A stretch of 40,733 nt of DNA from the NCBI GenBank assembly GCA_031422435.1, contig JANPLU010000034.1, forward strand, positions 1 through 40,733. Reading direction: 5' to 3'. How positions within the stretch are numbered: position 1 is the stretch's first letter; every line of letters starts with the position of its first letter. Position numbers and translations under genes: made by a program. The notes beneath the pieces are model-generated. The model was not told the DNA's origin. It saw nothing but the letters and a program-made list of their open reading frames with translations, and did no database searches. Origin of the DNA: Acaryochloridaceae cyanobacterium VAR_48_metabat_390 (GTDB lineage Bacteria; Cyanobacteriota; Cyanobacteriia; Thermosynechococcales; Thermosynechococcaceae). Positions 27,899 through 37,111 of the stretch are shown here, piece after piece.

Positions 27899-28630
27899 AT
27901 GTTTCAATACCGACGCAAATATTCAAAGTCCCGTTTAGGCAGGGCTTTAGGGCTGGCGCTCCTCCTCTTCCTGCTCTACACAACCCTAACCTCTGCTCAA
28001 ACGCCATCCCTTGCTCAAGTTCACCCGCTACCCCAGACCCTAGCCCAATGGAAAGCAGCCCAAAATGCTCAGGGAGACTACTTTGATCAGGTTAAACCCA
28101 CGCAGCCTGGGTTTTTAATCTGGAGTCATTTCCCTATTCAGGTCTACATTGCACCACCCTCTGATGGCGTGTTGATTAAACCAGAAATTTGGCATCGGGC
28201 AGTTCTGGATGCGGTCAAAGACTGGCAGCCCTACCTACCCTTGAGCTTCACAACCTCACCATCGAAGGCCGACATCACGTTTTCAGCTACCCCACCCCAG
28301 CAGCGTAGCGGCGCACGGGTTCGCTCTGCCGAGACGCGGTTTGAACTGTATGTAAACCCCAGCAGTAACACCCTTGCCCATCGCGTCAGTATCTACATCC
28401 GCCCCAGTCAGACCGCTCAATATATTAGTGCCGCCGCCCGTCATGAGCTAGGTCACGGACTAGGAATCTGGGGCCATAGCCAAAACCCAACCGATGTGAT
28501 GTACTTCGCCCAAGTGCGCCAACCGCCCGTCATTTCAGTACGAGATATCAACACCCTTAAGCGAATCTATCAGCAGCCGACCCAGTTGGGCTGGCCTATC
28601 CGGAACGATAAACGGAGCAAAAATCCGTAA
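27899..28630 (+). CDS. Exported matrixin-family zinc metalloprotease
   Basis: Signal peptide, zinc motif HELGHGLGIWGHS, Met-turn DVMY and ISVRDINTL. Confidence 0.88.
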   Translation: MFQYRRKYSKSRLGRALGLALLLFLLYTTLTSAQTPSLAQVHPLPQTLAQWKAAQNAQGDYFDQVKPTQPGFLIWSHFPIQVYIAPPSDGVLIKPEIWHRAVLDAVKDWQPYLPLSFTTSPSKADITFSATPPQQRSGARVRSAETRFELYVNPSSNTLAHRVSIYIRPSQTAQYISAAARHELGHGLGIWGHSQNPTDVMYFAQVRQPPVISVRDINTLKRIYQQPTQLGWPIRNDKRSKNP

Positions 28631-28663
28631 TATCAATCTATGCGTTAACAAAAGTCTTAAAAA

Positions 28664-29311
28664 TCAGGATTTTTGGTGGGGTTGAGACGTTCCCATAAAC
28701 TCTTCTGATGTGGCGTGGCCATTTTGATTAATGCCATCTTGCTGCACTACTTTTAAGCCTGTTAGTAACAAAATCTTAAGGTCTAATCCCAATGTCCAGT
28801 GGTCGATATACCAAACGTCGAAGTCAAATTTTTCTTCCCAACTAATGGCATTACGCCCATTCACCTGAGCCAGTCCGGTAATTCCAGGCTTTACTTCATG
28901 GCGACGGGCTTGCTGGGGGGTGTAGCGGTCTAAGTATTGCACTAGCAGGGGTCGTGGCCCTACAAAACTCATTTCCCCTTTTAGAATATTCAAGAGTTGA
29001 GGCAACTCATCTAAGCTAGTTTTCCTTAAAAATAGACCAAAGGGGGTCAGACGATGGGCATCAGGCAAGAGGTTTCCGTCGGTATCACGGGCGTTGGTCA
29101 TGGTACGGAATTTATAAAACCGAAAGATTTTGCCCCCTTGTCCAGGGCGGGGCTGTGTAAAAATGACAGGGCTACCTAATGCCCTACGGATTGCGATCGC
29201 CACGGTCAAAATGACGGGCAGAAGCAACAATAAAATCACCCCTGCAAGCACCCGATCAGCAACGCTTTTGATGAATCTTTGGATATTCTGATGCGATCGT
29301 CTTTTTCCCAT
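28664..29311 (-). CDS. Monotopic phosphoglycosyl transferase (PglC/EpsL-like sugar transferase)
   Basis: FYKFRTM, LRKTSLDELPQL.N.LKGEMSFVGPRPL, VKPGITGLAQVNGRN and DVWY motifs. ATG at 29311 is preferred over TTG at 29347. Confidence 0.92.
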   Translation of the reverse strand: MGKRRSHQNIQRFIKSVADRVLAGVILLLLLPVILTVAIAIRRALGSPVIFTQPRPGQGGKIFRFYKFRTMTNARDTDGNLLPDAHRLTPFGLFLRKTSLDELPQLLNILKGEMSFVGPRPLLVQYLDRYTPQQARRHEVKPGITGLAQVNGRNAISWEEKFDFDVWYIDHWTLGLDLKILLLTGLKVVQQDGINQNGHATSEEFMGTSQPHQKS

Positions 29312-29752
29312 TCTCAGAATCCCCTGATGTATATTTATGAGCTGCAAAATTTTCTAACTATGGGTTTTTAAGCTCCATCCCACATTATGACCCTTCGCGA
29401 GAATAGATTACAGTCTGCACTTTTAATTATTATTTTCATAAATCAAAAATACTTTAAGTTAGTAGGTGATGATAAAAATACGCCTAATGCAATTTAATCA
29501 TTAATAAAAATAGTTCCAGTTAGTCCGTTTAATAAATAAGTTCAGATTCCAGTTCAAAAATTAAATATCACATTTATTTCATTGCTTACACATCAACAAA
29601 GTTAGTTTAATAGGAATTCAAGCTTCTCATTAAGTATCAATAAATCACTGAATGTTTCGCTCTATTTTGAGCCACAAAATCTTGCATGAATTGCAAAGAG
29701 AGATCAGCTACGCTACTATGAGCCATAGACACAAAGAACAATTGCAATAGAC

Positions 29753-30853
29753 ATGCTTAAGGAATCCACCCAGCGTTCTATCGATAACCCAACATCAAAC
29801 CAATACTACCTTTTGGGTGTCAATAAGGAAGTTGTTGAGTGGGATATTTATTCACGGCATACAAACCCTGATCAGCTGTGGACAGACTATCCAGGCAAGA
29901 TTTTGCAAACGGTAGAGCAGAGTCTCTCAGATAAAGGCCTTACTTTTTACCTGACCAGAGAAGAATTAGATGACTTACCCTCTTATGGTAAAAATGTTGT
30001 TGTCATCATTGCAGCAGACGAATGGTGTCGGATTCCAAAATACGCTCATCGTGTTTTAGCAGTCTTTAAGAGCTATGGAATTAAACCCTTTTTAGGCTGC
30101 AATCCTATTCTAGAACCGTCTTACATCAATTTTGCGAGTTTGATTCAGTTCCTTAGAATTTGGACGGCCTGTTTACCTAGACTGATAAACTACGGTGTCA
30201 AAGTTTTAAAGAGCCTAGGCTTAGGTCGTCTAGAAATACCTAAAGTTTACACTATCCCTTTAGGGTATTATAACCAAATTGATGTGCCACAACGCAAGCT
30301 TCATGAGCGAGAATATGATATTTTTTTTGCAGGCAGTATTACTGATTCTACCTATCCTCCGACATTAATCAAACAGTTTATTGTGAGCTTATTAACGCCT
30401 CCAAAGATTCAGTCTCGTCAAAGAATGATTTCTTTTATTCGTCAATTTCAAGATAAGTTTCCAAACTTTAAGATCAAACTATCAGTGACATCTGGCTTCT
30501 ATGCCATGACTGAAGGAGATATCAAAACCTATGCTGAGCAGCTCATGGATAGTAAAATTTGTCTGATCCCCAGGGGAACATCCTATGAAACCTATCGTTT
30601 TTTTGAAGCTATCCGATTTGGATGCATCCCCATTTTTGAGGCGCTTCCACCCCACTGGTTCTATGATGACTCTCTCGGCATAAAGGTCAAAAACTGGAAT
30701 AGTCTTCCTACGGTTTTGAAAGAATTATTAAGTAATCCAGATTTAATGGAATCAAAGCATCAGAGAGCATTGTGGTGGTGGGATCAGAAATGCTCTGAAG
30801 CTGCTGTAGGCCAATATATAGTTAGTCAGCTAAAAGGAATTGCGTCTATGTGA
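29753..30853 (+). CDS. Exostosin (GT47)-like glycosyltransferase
   Basis: YDIFFAGS, Y...LMDSKICLIPRG.S.ETYRFFEAIRFGCIPI motifs. Confidence 0.75.
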   Translation: MLKESTQRSIDNPTSNQYYLLGVNKEVVEWDIYSRHTNPDQLWTDYPGKILQTVEQSLSDKGLTFYLTREELDDLPSYGKNVVVIIAADEWCRIPKYAHRVLAVFKSYGIKPFLGCNPILEPSYINFASLIQFLRIWTACLPRLINYGVKVLKSLGLGRLEIPKVYTIPLGYYNQIDVPQRKLHEREYDIFFAGSITDSTYPPTLIKQFIVSLLTPPKIQSRQRMISFIRQFQDKFPNFKIKLSVTSGFYAMTEGDIKTYAEQLMDSKICLIPRGTSYETYRFFEAIRFGCIPIFEALPPHWFYDDSLGIKVKNWNSLPTVLKELLSNPDLMESKHQRALWWWDQKCSEAAVGQYIVSQLKGIASM

Positions 30854-30856
30854 AAC

Positions 30857-31975
30857 TTGGAGAATTTTTATGAATTTAGGCTCATCAGCATTATGCAAGT
30901 TGATATTCTCAATTTAAGTACTTTTCGTTACAGAAAACTAATCTCGAATTTTGGATGTGATATTTATCATCACCCCAGCTATATTTTAGCGGAATCTGAT
31001 CGAGAGAATGCACCAGCTGAAGCAATTTTAGTTTCAGAAGGGGTTAAGTATTTTTTGATGCCTTATCTTTTGAGAGCTTGCCCAGAACATGTTTGTGCAC
31101 TTGTACCAGAAAATCCGCTGCAAGATGTAGTTTCACCCTATGGCTACTCTGGAATCTTGCTAAGTCCCGAAGCTCAGAGCGATCCTTTATTTCTACAAAA
31201 CTCTCTCAAGTTAGTGACTGAAGCATTTCAATCTAGGGATATTTGCTCCGCATTTATCCGTCTTCATCCAATCCTCAATGCTGATATTCCAAAAACTTTA
31301 GACAATACCATTGTTTATCCTGGTGGAATGACAGTTTCTATTAATTTACAATTATCTGAGGCTGAGCAATGGCAGCAAATACAGTCTTCCCGCCGTACAA
31401 AAATTAACCGTTCTAGGCGACAAGGGTTTAGCATAATAGTTGTGCCATTCTCTCAAGAGCACATCTCGATCTTTATGGATATCTATGAAGATACAATGGA
31501 TCGGCTAAATGCAAAGAGGTTCTACTATTTTAATCAAAATTATTATCAATCTTTAGTTGACTTGTCACCCCATATATTCATCTGTCTAATTTATGATGAA
31601 GACCAGCCAATCTGTGGCGGTATTTTTACAGAATATGGTGGCATTGTTCAATATCATTTAGGAGGAACCAAAACAGATTTTTTGCCGTTATCTCCCACTA
31701 ATCTTATGTTTGACGAAGTGCGTTTGTGGGCAAAAGCACGAGGCAATACAACTTTTCACCTTGGTGGGGGCTTGGGCAGCCAGAAAGATAGTCTATTTGA
31801 CTTTAAGGCTAGCTTTTCAAAACAGTGGCATCATTTTTCTACCCTAAGATTGATTACCCACCCTGAGAAATATCAATGCCTAGTAGAAGCTAGAGCAAAG
31901 CAGCTCAATATTCACCCTGAGCAACTTCTGAACAATCCTTTCTTCCCAGCCTACCGAGCGCTAGAGGTGAGTTAA
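30857..31975 (+). CDS. FemAB-like GNAT acyltransferase
   Basis: DIYHHPSY, DVVSPYGYSG, SAFIRLHP, YHLGG, FHLGGG and LFDFKASFS motifs. An alternative ATG lies at 30893. Confidence 0.8.
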   Translation: MENFYEFRLISIMQVDILNLSTFRYRKLISNFGCDIYHHPSYILAESDRENAPAEAILVSEGVKYFLMPYLLRACPEHVCALVPENPLQDVVSPYGYSGILLSPEAQSDPLFLQNSLKLVTEAFQSRDICSAFIRLHPILNADIPKTLDNTIVYPGGMTVSINLQLSEAEQWQQIQSSRRTKINRSRRQGFSIIVVPFSQEHISIFMDIYEDTMDRLNAKRFYYFNQNYYQSLVDLSPHIFICLIYDEDQPICGGIFTEYGGIVQYHLGGTKTDFLPLSPTNLMFDEVRLWAKARGNTTFHLGGGLGSQKDSLFDFKASFSKQWHHFSTLRLITHPEKYQCLVEARAKQLNIHPEQLLNNPFFPAYRALEVS

Positions 31976-32036
31976 GTTCTACAATTCAACAGATTTAAAG
32001 CTTAGATGTATTCGCCGCTGAACGCCCACGACCAAA

Positions 32037-33179
32037 ATGCAACAGCCTATTTTACTCTCTTCCCCCCACATGGGCGATCAAGAGCTTATTTTCGTTAAGG
32101 AAGCCTTTGAGACGAACTGGATTGCACCCGTTGGGCCTCATGTGGATGCTTTTGAACAAGAATTTTGTGACGTGGTGGGTACACATCACGCAGCAGCAGT
32201 CACCTCGGGAACTGCTGCGCTACATCTGGCGCTGCATCTGGTGGGCGTTGAGAGTGGGGATGAGGTTTTTTGTTCAACCTTAACCTTTGTCGCCACGGCG
32301 AATCCGATTCTTTACCTGGGTGCTAAGCCCGTTTTTATTGATAGCGATCGCACTACCTGGAATATGGATCCGTCGCTGCTTTCGCAGGCGTTAGAGCAGC
32401 GAGCTACCCAGGGTAAACTCCCGAAAGCCGTTATTTTAGTGCATCTATACGGACAAAGTGCTGATATCGACCCTATTCAGGCTGCCTGCGATCGCCATAA
32501 CGTCTCGCTCATCGAAGATGCGGCGGAAGCCTTAGGCGCAACCTACAAAGGCAAAGCCCCTGGCACCTTTGGCAAAATCGGCATTTATTCCTTTAACGGC
32601 AATAAAATTATCACCACATCTGGCGGCGGCATGTTGGTGACAGAAGATCGGGCGATCGCAGACAAGGCTCGGTTTCTCGCCACCCAAGCTCGCGACTCAG
32701 CGCCCCATTACCAACATTCTGAAATGGGCTATAACTACCGTCTGAGCAATGTTTTAGCAGGGATTGGTCGAGGGCAGCTTCAGGTTTTAGCCGAGCGGGT
32801 TGCTGCCCGTCGCCACAATTTTGAAGTTTACCGTCAAGCCCTAGAAGCCCTGCCTGGAGTCGAGTTCATGCCAGAGGCGTCATTTGGTCAGGCAACGCGC
32901 TGGTTGAGCTGCCTGACGATTAACCCGCAGTTTAGCGGTACTGATCGTGAGCAGTTGCGACTTGCCCTTGCAGCAGAAAACATTGAGTCTCGCCCCGTCT
33001 GGAAGCCGCTTCACCTTCAGCCAGTCTTTCACGATTGTGAAGCCATTGGCGGAGCTGTGGCAGAAGACTTATTTACCCACGGACTGTGTTTGCCTTCAGG
33101 GTCTAGCTTGACGCGCGATGATCTAGAGCGCGTCATTCAAGCGATCCAGCGGTGTTTTCAAAATGCTTCAGCCCTATAG
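32037..33179 (+). CDS. DegT/DnrJ/EryC1/StrS PLP aminotransferase (PglE/EpsN-like)
   Basis: LSSPHMG, NWIAPVGP, SGTAALHLAL, EDAAEALG, SFNGNKIITTSGGG and GYNYRLSN motifs. Confidence 0.95.
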   Translation: MQQPILLSSPHMGDQELIFVKEAFETNWIAPVGPHVDAFEQEFCDVVGTHHAAAVTSGTAALHLALHLVGVESGDEVFCSTLTFVATANPILYLGAKPVFIDSDRTTWNMDPSLLSQALEQRATQGKLPKAVILVHLYGQSADIDPIQAACDRHNVSLIEDAAEALGATYKGKAPGTFGKIGIYSFNGNKIITTSGGGMLVTEDRAIADKARFLATQARDSAPHYQHSEMGYNYRLSNVLAGIGRGQLQVLAERVAARRHNFEVYRQALEALPGVEFMPEASFGQATRWLSCLTINPQFSGTDREQLRLALAAENIESRPVWKPLHLQPVFHDCEAIGGAVAEDLFTHGLCLPSGSSLTRDDLERVIQAIQRCFQNASAL

Positions 33180-33274
33180 TGCTTGCCCTTGGATGGGCAC
33201 ATTTAACGGAGATGTTTTAAAGTCGCTTCGCGTGGGCAAACTATACGAAACATCTAGTCCGCCTTGAGGGAATC

Positions 33275-33457
33275 ATGAATACACCCTTTGAGCTTTCTTT
33301 AGAGCAGCAGTTTAACGTATGTGCTTTCTCCGAACAAGTGAAGGACTTGTCAAGAGAACAGGCTCAAGATTTTTTGGTTGATTTATATCGCCAAATGATG
33401 ATTAAAGAGACGATGTATAAAGGCTTTCTGATTCAGCAGCTTGGCATTAGCCCCTGA
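33275..33457 (+). CDS. nblA: Phycobilisome degradation protein NblA
   Basis: ELSLEQQF...F..QV..LSREQAQDFL..LYRQMMIKE motif, preceded by a GAGG RBS. Confidence 0.92.
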   Translation: MNTPFELSLEQQFNVCAFSEQVKDLSREQAQDFLVDLYRQMMIKETMYKGFLIQQLGISP

Positions 33458-33475
33458 AATTTTAACTAGAACGCT

Positions 33476-34444
33476 TTACTGGCTCCACACCTTTTCTAAA
33501 ACCTGGATGGGCGCAATATCGGTAACCTTGCCTGTGGGCGATCGCATGACCGTAACGCGCTCATCCTTGGGCAAAACTAGCTCTGGGTTTGTAGAACCAA
33601 AGAGCGCAAAAAGGTAGGTGCCAATGGCAACGGCTAAATGCATTGCGTCTGCATCGGTGCTGATCATGAGGTTGGCTCCAGCTACCATTGCTGCAAACTT
33701 ACCTAAATCTTCTGGTGTACTTACTTTTAGCCCAGAAGAACCCTCAACAACGGCCCTAAACCAATCGCGATCGCGCGGGGAGTGAACCAGCACGATGGGT
33801 AGGTCTGGCTGACGCTCTTGCAGCCCCTTAATGAGCGATCGCCAGCTAGACGGCGAATAAATACTGCCAATCTCCTTTGCTTCGTGGTCAGCATTAGAGC
33901 CGCCATGAATCAAAATATAGCCTTGGGAAAGATCCAGCCCTAGCCGCTTTTGCTCTACCTCAGACCACTCAATGTCCTTTCGGGGGACGTTAATTGAAAT
34001 GGGTGGGCAGCTTTGGGGTGTATCAATTCCTGTTAGCAGGTCGTGGTACATGTGCGCTGCATACTGGTTCACCTTGAGTGGCACAGGGTCGGTCAAAAAC
34101 AGTGAGCCTGCCTGCCCCGCAAAACCAACCCGTTTGGGTACGCCCACCAGCCATAGAAATAAGCCCCCGAGACGGCTCTTATCTAGGGTAATTAAAGCAT
34201 CATACTCACGCTCACGAATCCAGCCAATCAGGTTGCCCCAGTCTGCTGGGCCAGTTCGACCTGAGAAGCTGTAGGTCAAAATCTGTTTCACAACCCGACT
34301 AATGCGGTAAGCTTCCTTTGCGCGAGGTTCCACCACCACATCAATCTGAGCTTGAGGATACTGCTGCTGTAGACTTTCCAGCATTGGAAAGCAGAGAAGC
34401 TGGTCGCCAATTCCGCCGGGGATCAGGGCTAGTAAGCGAGTCAT
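33476..34444 (-). CDS. GT9 (heptosyltransferase-like) glycosyltransferase
   Basis: LALIPGGIGDQLL.FP, YILIHGGS, MHLAVA and ALFGST.P motifs. Confidence 0.9.
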   Translation of the reverse strand: MTRLLALIPGGIGDQLLCFPMLESLQQQYPQAQIDVVVEPRAKEAYRISRVVKQILTYSFSGRTGPADWGNLIGWIREREYDALITLDKSRLGGLFLWLVGVPKRVGFAGQAGSLFLTDPVPLKVNQYAAHMYHDLLTGIDTPQSCPPISINVPRKDIEWSEVEQKRLGLDLSQGYILIHGGSNADHEAKEIGSIYSPSSWRSLIKGLQERQPDLPIVLVHSPRDRDWFRAVVEGSSGLKVSTPEDLGKFAAMVAGANLMISTDADAMHLAVAIGTYLFALFGSTNPELVLPKDERVTVMRSPTGKVTDIAPIQVLEKVWSQ

Positions 34445-34668
34445 TCTTAAATAGGTATCTAAAACGTGGGCTAGAAAAACGCTGTGAAGGAAAGATTACC
34501 GCCATCTATTGTAATAGATGACCTAGATTCAGCGCTTCAGCTACATTGTACGGGCTGAGTTCTCACTATCTTACTTTGAAGCTTGAAGGTTTCTCGGTCT
34601 ACTACGATGCACCCTGGTATTCTAGAGGCTAAATAATGCGCGCTAGATGACGCAAAGCAGGTTTTTTA

Positions 34669-35370
34669 ATGCATCTTTTGATTCCGGCAGCAGGCATGGG
34701 CAAACGGATGGGGAGCGATCGCAATAAGCTGCGATTAACTCTCCTAGAAAAACCGATTTTGGCTTGGACGTTACTGGCTGCTGAGTCTGCTGCTTCAATT
34801 CACTGGATTGGCCTGGTGGGTCAGCCGACGGATTGGCCTTTATGGCAATCGCTCTTGCAAGACCTAGGCTTGTCTAAGCCTGTGGTGCTGATTGTGGGCG
34901 GCACCACGCGGCAGGAGTCGGTTTATAACGGGCTACAGGCATTGCCCTCAGAGGCAAAGCATGTGCTAATTCATGATGGTGCCCGTGCTTTAGCAACGCC
35001 AGATTTATTGAATCGCTGTGCAGCGGCGTTAGAGACCTACTTAGGGTTTGTGGCGGCGGTTCCGGTCAAAGACACCATTAAGGTCGTGGATGCCCAGCAG
35101 CAGATCTGCTCAACCCCAGATCGCGCTCAGCTTTGGGCCGCCCAAACACCCCAAGGGTTTGATGTAGCGCAGCTCAAAGCTTGTCATAGGGAAGGTCGCC
35201 GTCAGGGTTGGGAGGTCACAGACGATGCGGCGCTGTTTGAACGGTTTAATTTACCAGTCCATATTGTGACGGGGGAAGAGACAAACCTCAAGATTACGAC
35301 TCCGGTAGACTTGGCGATCGCAGAACTTATTCTGCGCCAGCGGCTAGAGATTGCATCAGAAATTTTGTAG
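34669..35370 (+). CDS. ispD: 2-C-methyl-D-erythritol 4-phosphate cytidylyltransferase
   Basis: IPAAGMGKRM, GGTTRQESV, LIHDGAR, AQTPQGF, TDDA and NLKITTP.DL motifs. Confidence 0.97.
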   Translation: MHLLIPAAGMGKRMGSDRNKLRLTLLEKPILAWTLLAAESAASIHWIGLVGQPTDWPLWQSLLQDLGLSKPVVLIVGGTTRQESVYNGLQALPSEAKHVLIHDGARALATPDLLNRCAAALETYLGFVAAVPVKDTIKVVDAQQQICSTPDRAQLWAAQTPQGFDVAQLKACHREGRRQGWEVTDDAALFERFNLPVHIVTGEETNLKITTPVDLAIAELILRQRLEIASEIL

Positions 35371-35430
35371 GGGTGATATCGCTCACATCCATGCAATAGA
35401 GTTTCAAAAATTCTCTTCCATAATTTCAAC

Positions 35431-35448
35431 TCGGTAACTTTTTGTAGG
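35431..35448 (-). promoter_or_regulatory. Candidate HLR1 (RpaB) site upstream of the sRNA candidate
   Basis: Minus strand CCTACAAA-aa-GTTACCGA matches KTTACAWW-N2-KTTACAWW at 6/8 in each half. Confidence 0.3.
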
Positions 35449-35474
35449 GTTAAATAATTAGTCTGGTAAAGATT

Positions 35475-35612
35475 GGAGGAAACACGGATGTTGCGTCATT
35501 TAGAAAGACTACTTCAGCTCAAATAAAGGCTGCGAGACATAGCCTCGGTCGCCATATAGTTTACCCATCAGTTCTTTTGCCGTCTTCAGGGACAGGCTTA
35601 CGGTCGTCCACA
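35475..35612 (+). ncRNA. PsrR1 (SyR1)-like small regulatory RNA candidate
   Basis: Intergenic. 5' GGAAACACGG, hairpin AGGCTG-cgagaca-TAGCCT followed by CCTCGGTCG, and a 3' GCCGT...ACGGT stem. Motif order and ~135-nt length resemble PsrR1 as I recall it. Both ends are inferred. Confidence 0.5.
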
Positions 35613-35702
35613 TTCGCTACCGTTGAGGCAAAGACCAATCTCTTCCCTTGGTTGTCAATCATCAAAATTCAAAGTTGATTCGTATAGAAAGTCTATGCTG
35701 TA

Positions 35703-36716
35703 TCACGGAGCCGAAAGCACTAGGCTACCGTCTGACTTTATTCCATTGATAGTAGAAGGTGTAAATCGCCATTTCTGCTGATATTGACTCAGAAAATTTT
35801 GGCCTAAAATGCCGTCTACGCCCAGTAATTTTAAGATTGGTGATGACACAATGATTGCCTCAAGCTTTTTTTGTTCATGCTGCTGCAGTTTGACCGAGGC
35901 AAGCAGCGATCTTTCAGCTGGCTCTAGGCCACAGAACCCTAAAATTTGCGCGGGCTGACGATTACTCAGGTTTAGGCGTTGGGCGATCGCCCCTGAAATA
36001 AAAGTGCTATCAGCTCCGGTATCCAAGAGAACCGTAAAAGGGCCTTGACCGTTAAGGGTCAGCTTCGCCAGAAAAACGCCAAGCTTTTTCTGAAGCGCAA
36101 TTGCAGCAGTAGCAGATGTGGCTGGCAAAATAGAAGGTGGCGCAAGGTTAAGCGTTTTTGATTTGGGGTTAACGTTTAGGTCAAATTGTTGCAGTATATC
36201 CATCCCCATGACGCCAGCTAGTCCATCGGGGACGGCGGCAGTTTCAAAGTGCAGGCCACTCACACCCCGAATTTCGACCGACCCTAGGGTAAGCAGCGGC
36301 AGCTCATAGAGTGTAGCTTCCATCGAGGTACATTCTTTCCCTGCCACCGCAGAGGCAAGGCGATCGCCTGGAACAACGCGACCGGGGAGCTTAAGCGTCG
36401 TCACCAGATCGGCAGATAGTAGGGTTGTAGAAGCGCCTGTATCAATCAAAAACGGCTTTGTCAGTTTGTCTACCATCACAGGGGTTGTATAGACCTGACT
36501 TCTCTCCAGCATCTTAAGGGGAACCGTTGCAGTTCCCTTAACGCGTGGGACAGGAATGCCTAAACCCTGAAGCTGCACAACGGCACGACTCCCAGCATTA
36601 GGATTGGGCACTGCCCAAACATTATCTATCGCCCAAATGCTGCTTACGGCTAGCGGCACACATAGCCCAAAAAAATTACGCAGAGCAATGGTTACGTCAC
36701 GCTTTGATATCTTCAC
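35703..36716 (-). CDS. Exported single-chain two-domain retropepsin-like aspartic protease (GTG start)
   Basis: Two catalytic motifs, FLIDTGAS and VLLDTGAD, each followed by a hydrophobic-Gly motif (GVMGMDIL, GILGQNFL). Signal-like N-terminus. Confidence 0.85.
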   Translation of the reverse strand: MKISKRDVTIALRNFFGLCVPLAVSSIWAIDNVWAVPNPNAGSRAVVQLQGLGIPVPRVKGTATVPLKMLERSQVYTTPVMVDKLTKPFLIDTGASTTLLSADLVTTLKLPGRVVPGDRLASAVAGKECTSMEATLYELPLLTLGSVEIRGVSGLHFETAAVPDGLAGVMGMDILQQFDLNVNPKSKTLNLAPPSILPATSATAAIALQKKLGVFLAKLTLNGQGPFTVLLDTGADSTFISGAIAQRLNLSNRQPAQILGFCGLEPAERSLLASVKLQQHEQKKLEAIIVSSPILKLLGVDGILGQNFLSQYQQKWRFTPSTINGIKSDGSLVLSAP

Positions 36717-37111
36717 GCTGAAATAAACCCCAAAAGCCTCATCTTATGACCATTAATCGGTATAACTTCTCCCGTTCAGTCTTGGCATAACCCGATGCTG
36801 GGGTCAGTACAACCCTACCTCAAAGGTTCATTTGAACCCAATCGCCAAATTTTTGTAAAGTTACCCTGTTGAAAACCAATAGAAGGCATTTACCATGCAT
36901 GAGTGAAGGCTTCTTTTGAAGAATTCGACCACTTTAGGGTTCAATAAGCTTACGTTATTTCATTAAAAAGCTTGTTTAGAACATTTTTGCGTCGTGCCTC
37001 GGCTAACTTTAAAGATGGGAAGCTCTAAAATTTTTGAGTTTTACCCTTCAAGACGGTTATTTAGCAATCGTTTTTTACATATCCCCTTGCCACCTTTAGG
37101 TCATCAACATA

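Noticed and set aside
33476..35370. Divergent GT9/ispD pair as part of the glycan island
   Set aside because: Composition and HIP1 density are normal, and I recall this as an ordinary cyanobacterial arrangement.
36807..36820. GTA-caaccc-TAC upstream of gltB as an NtcA site
   Set aside because: The spacer is 6 nt, not 8.
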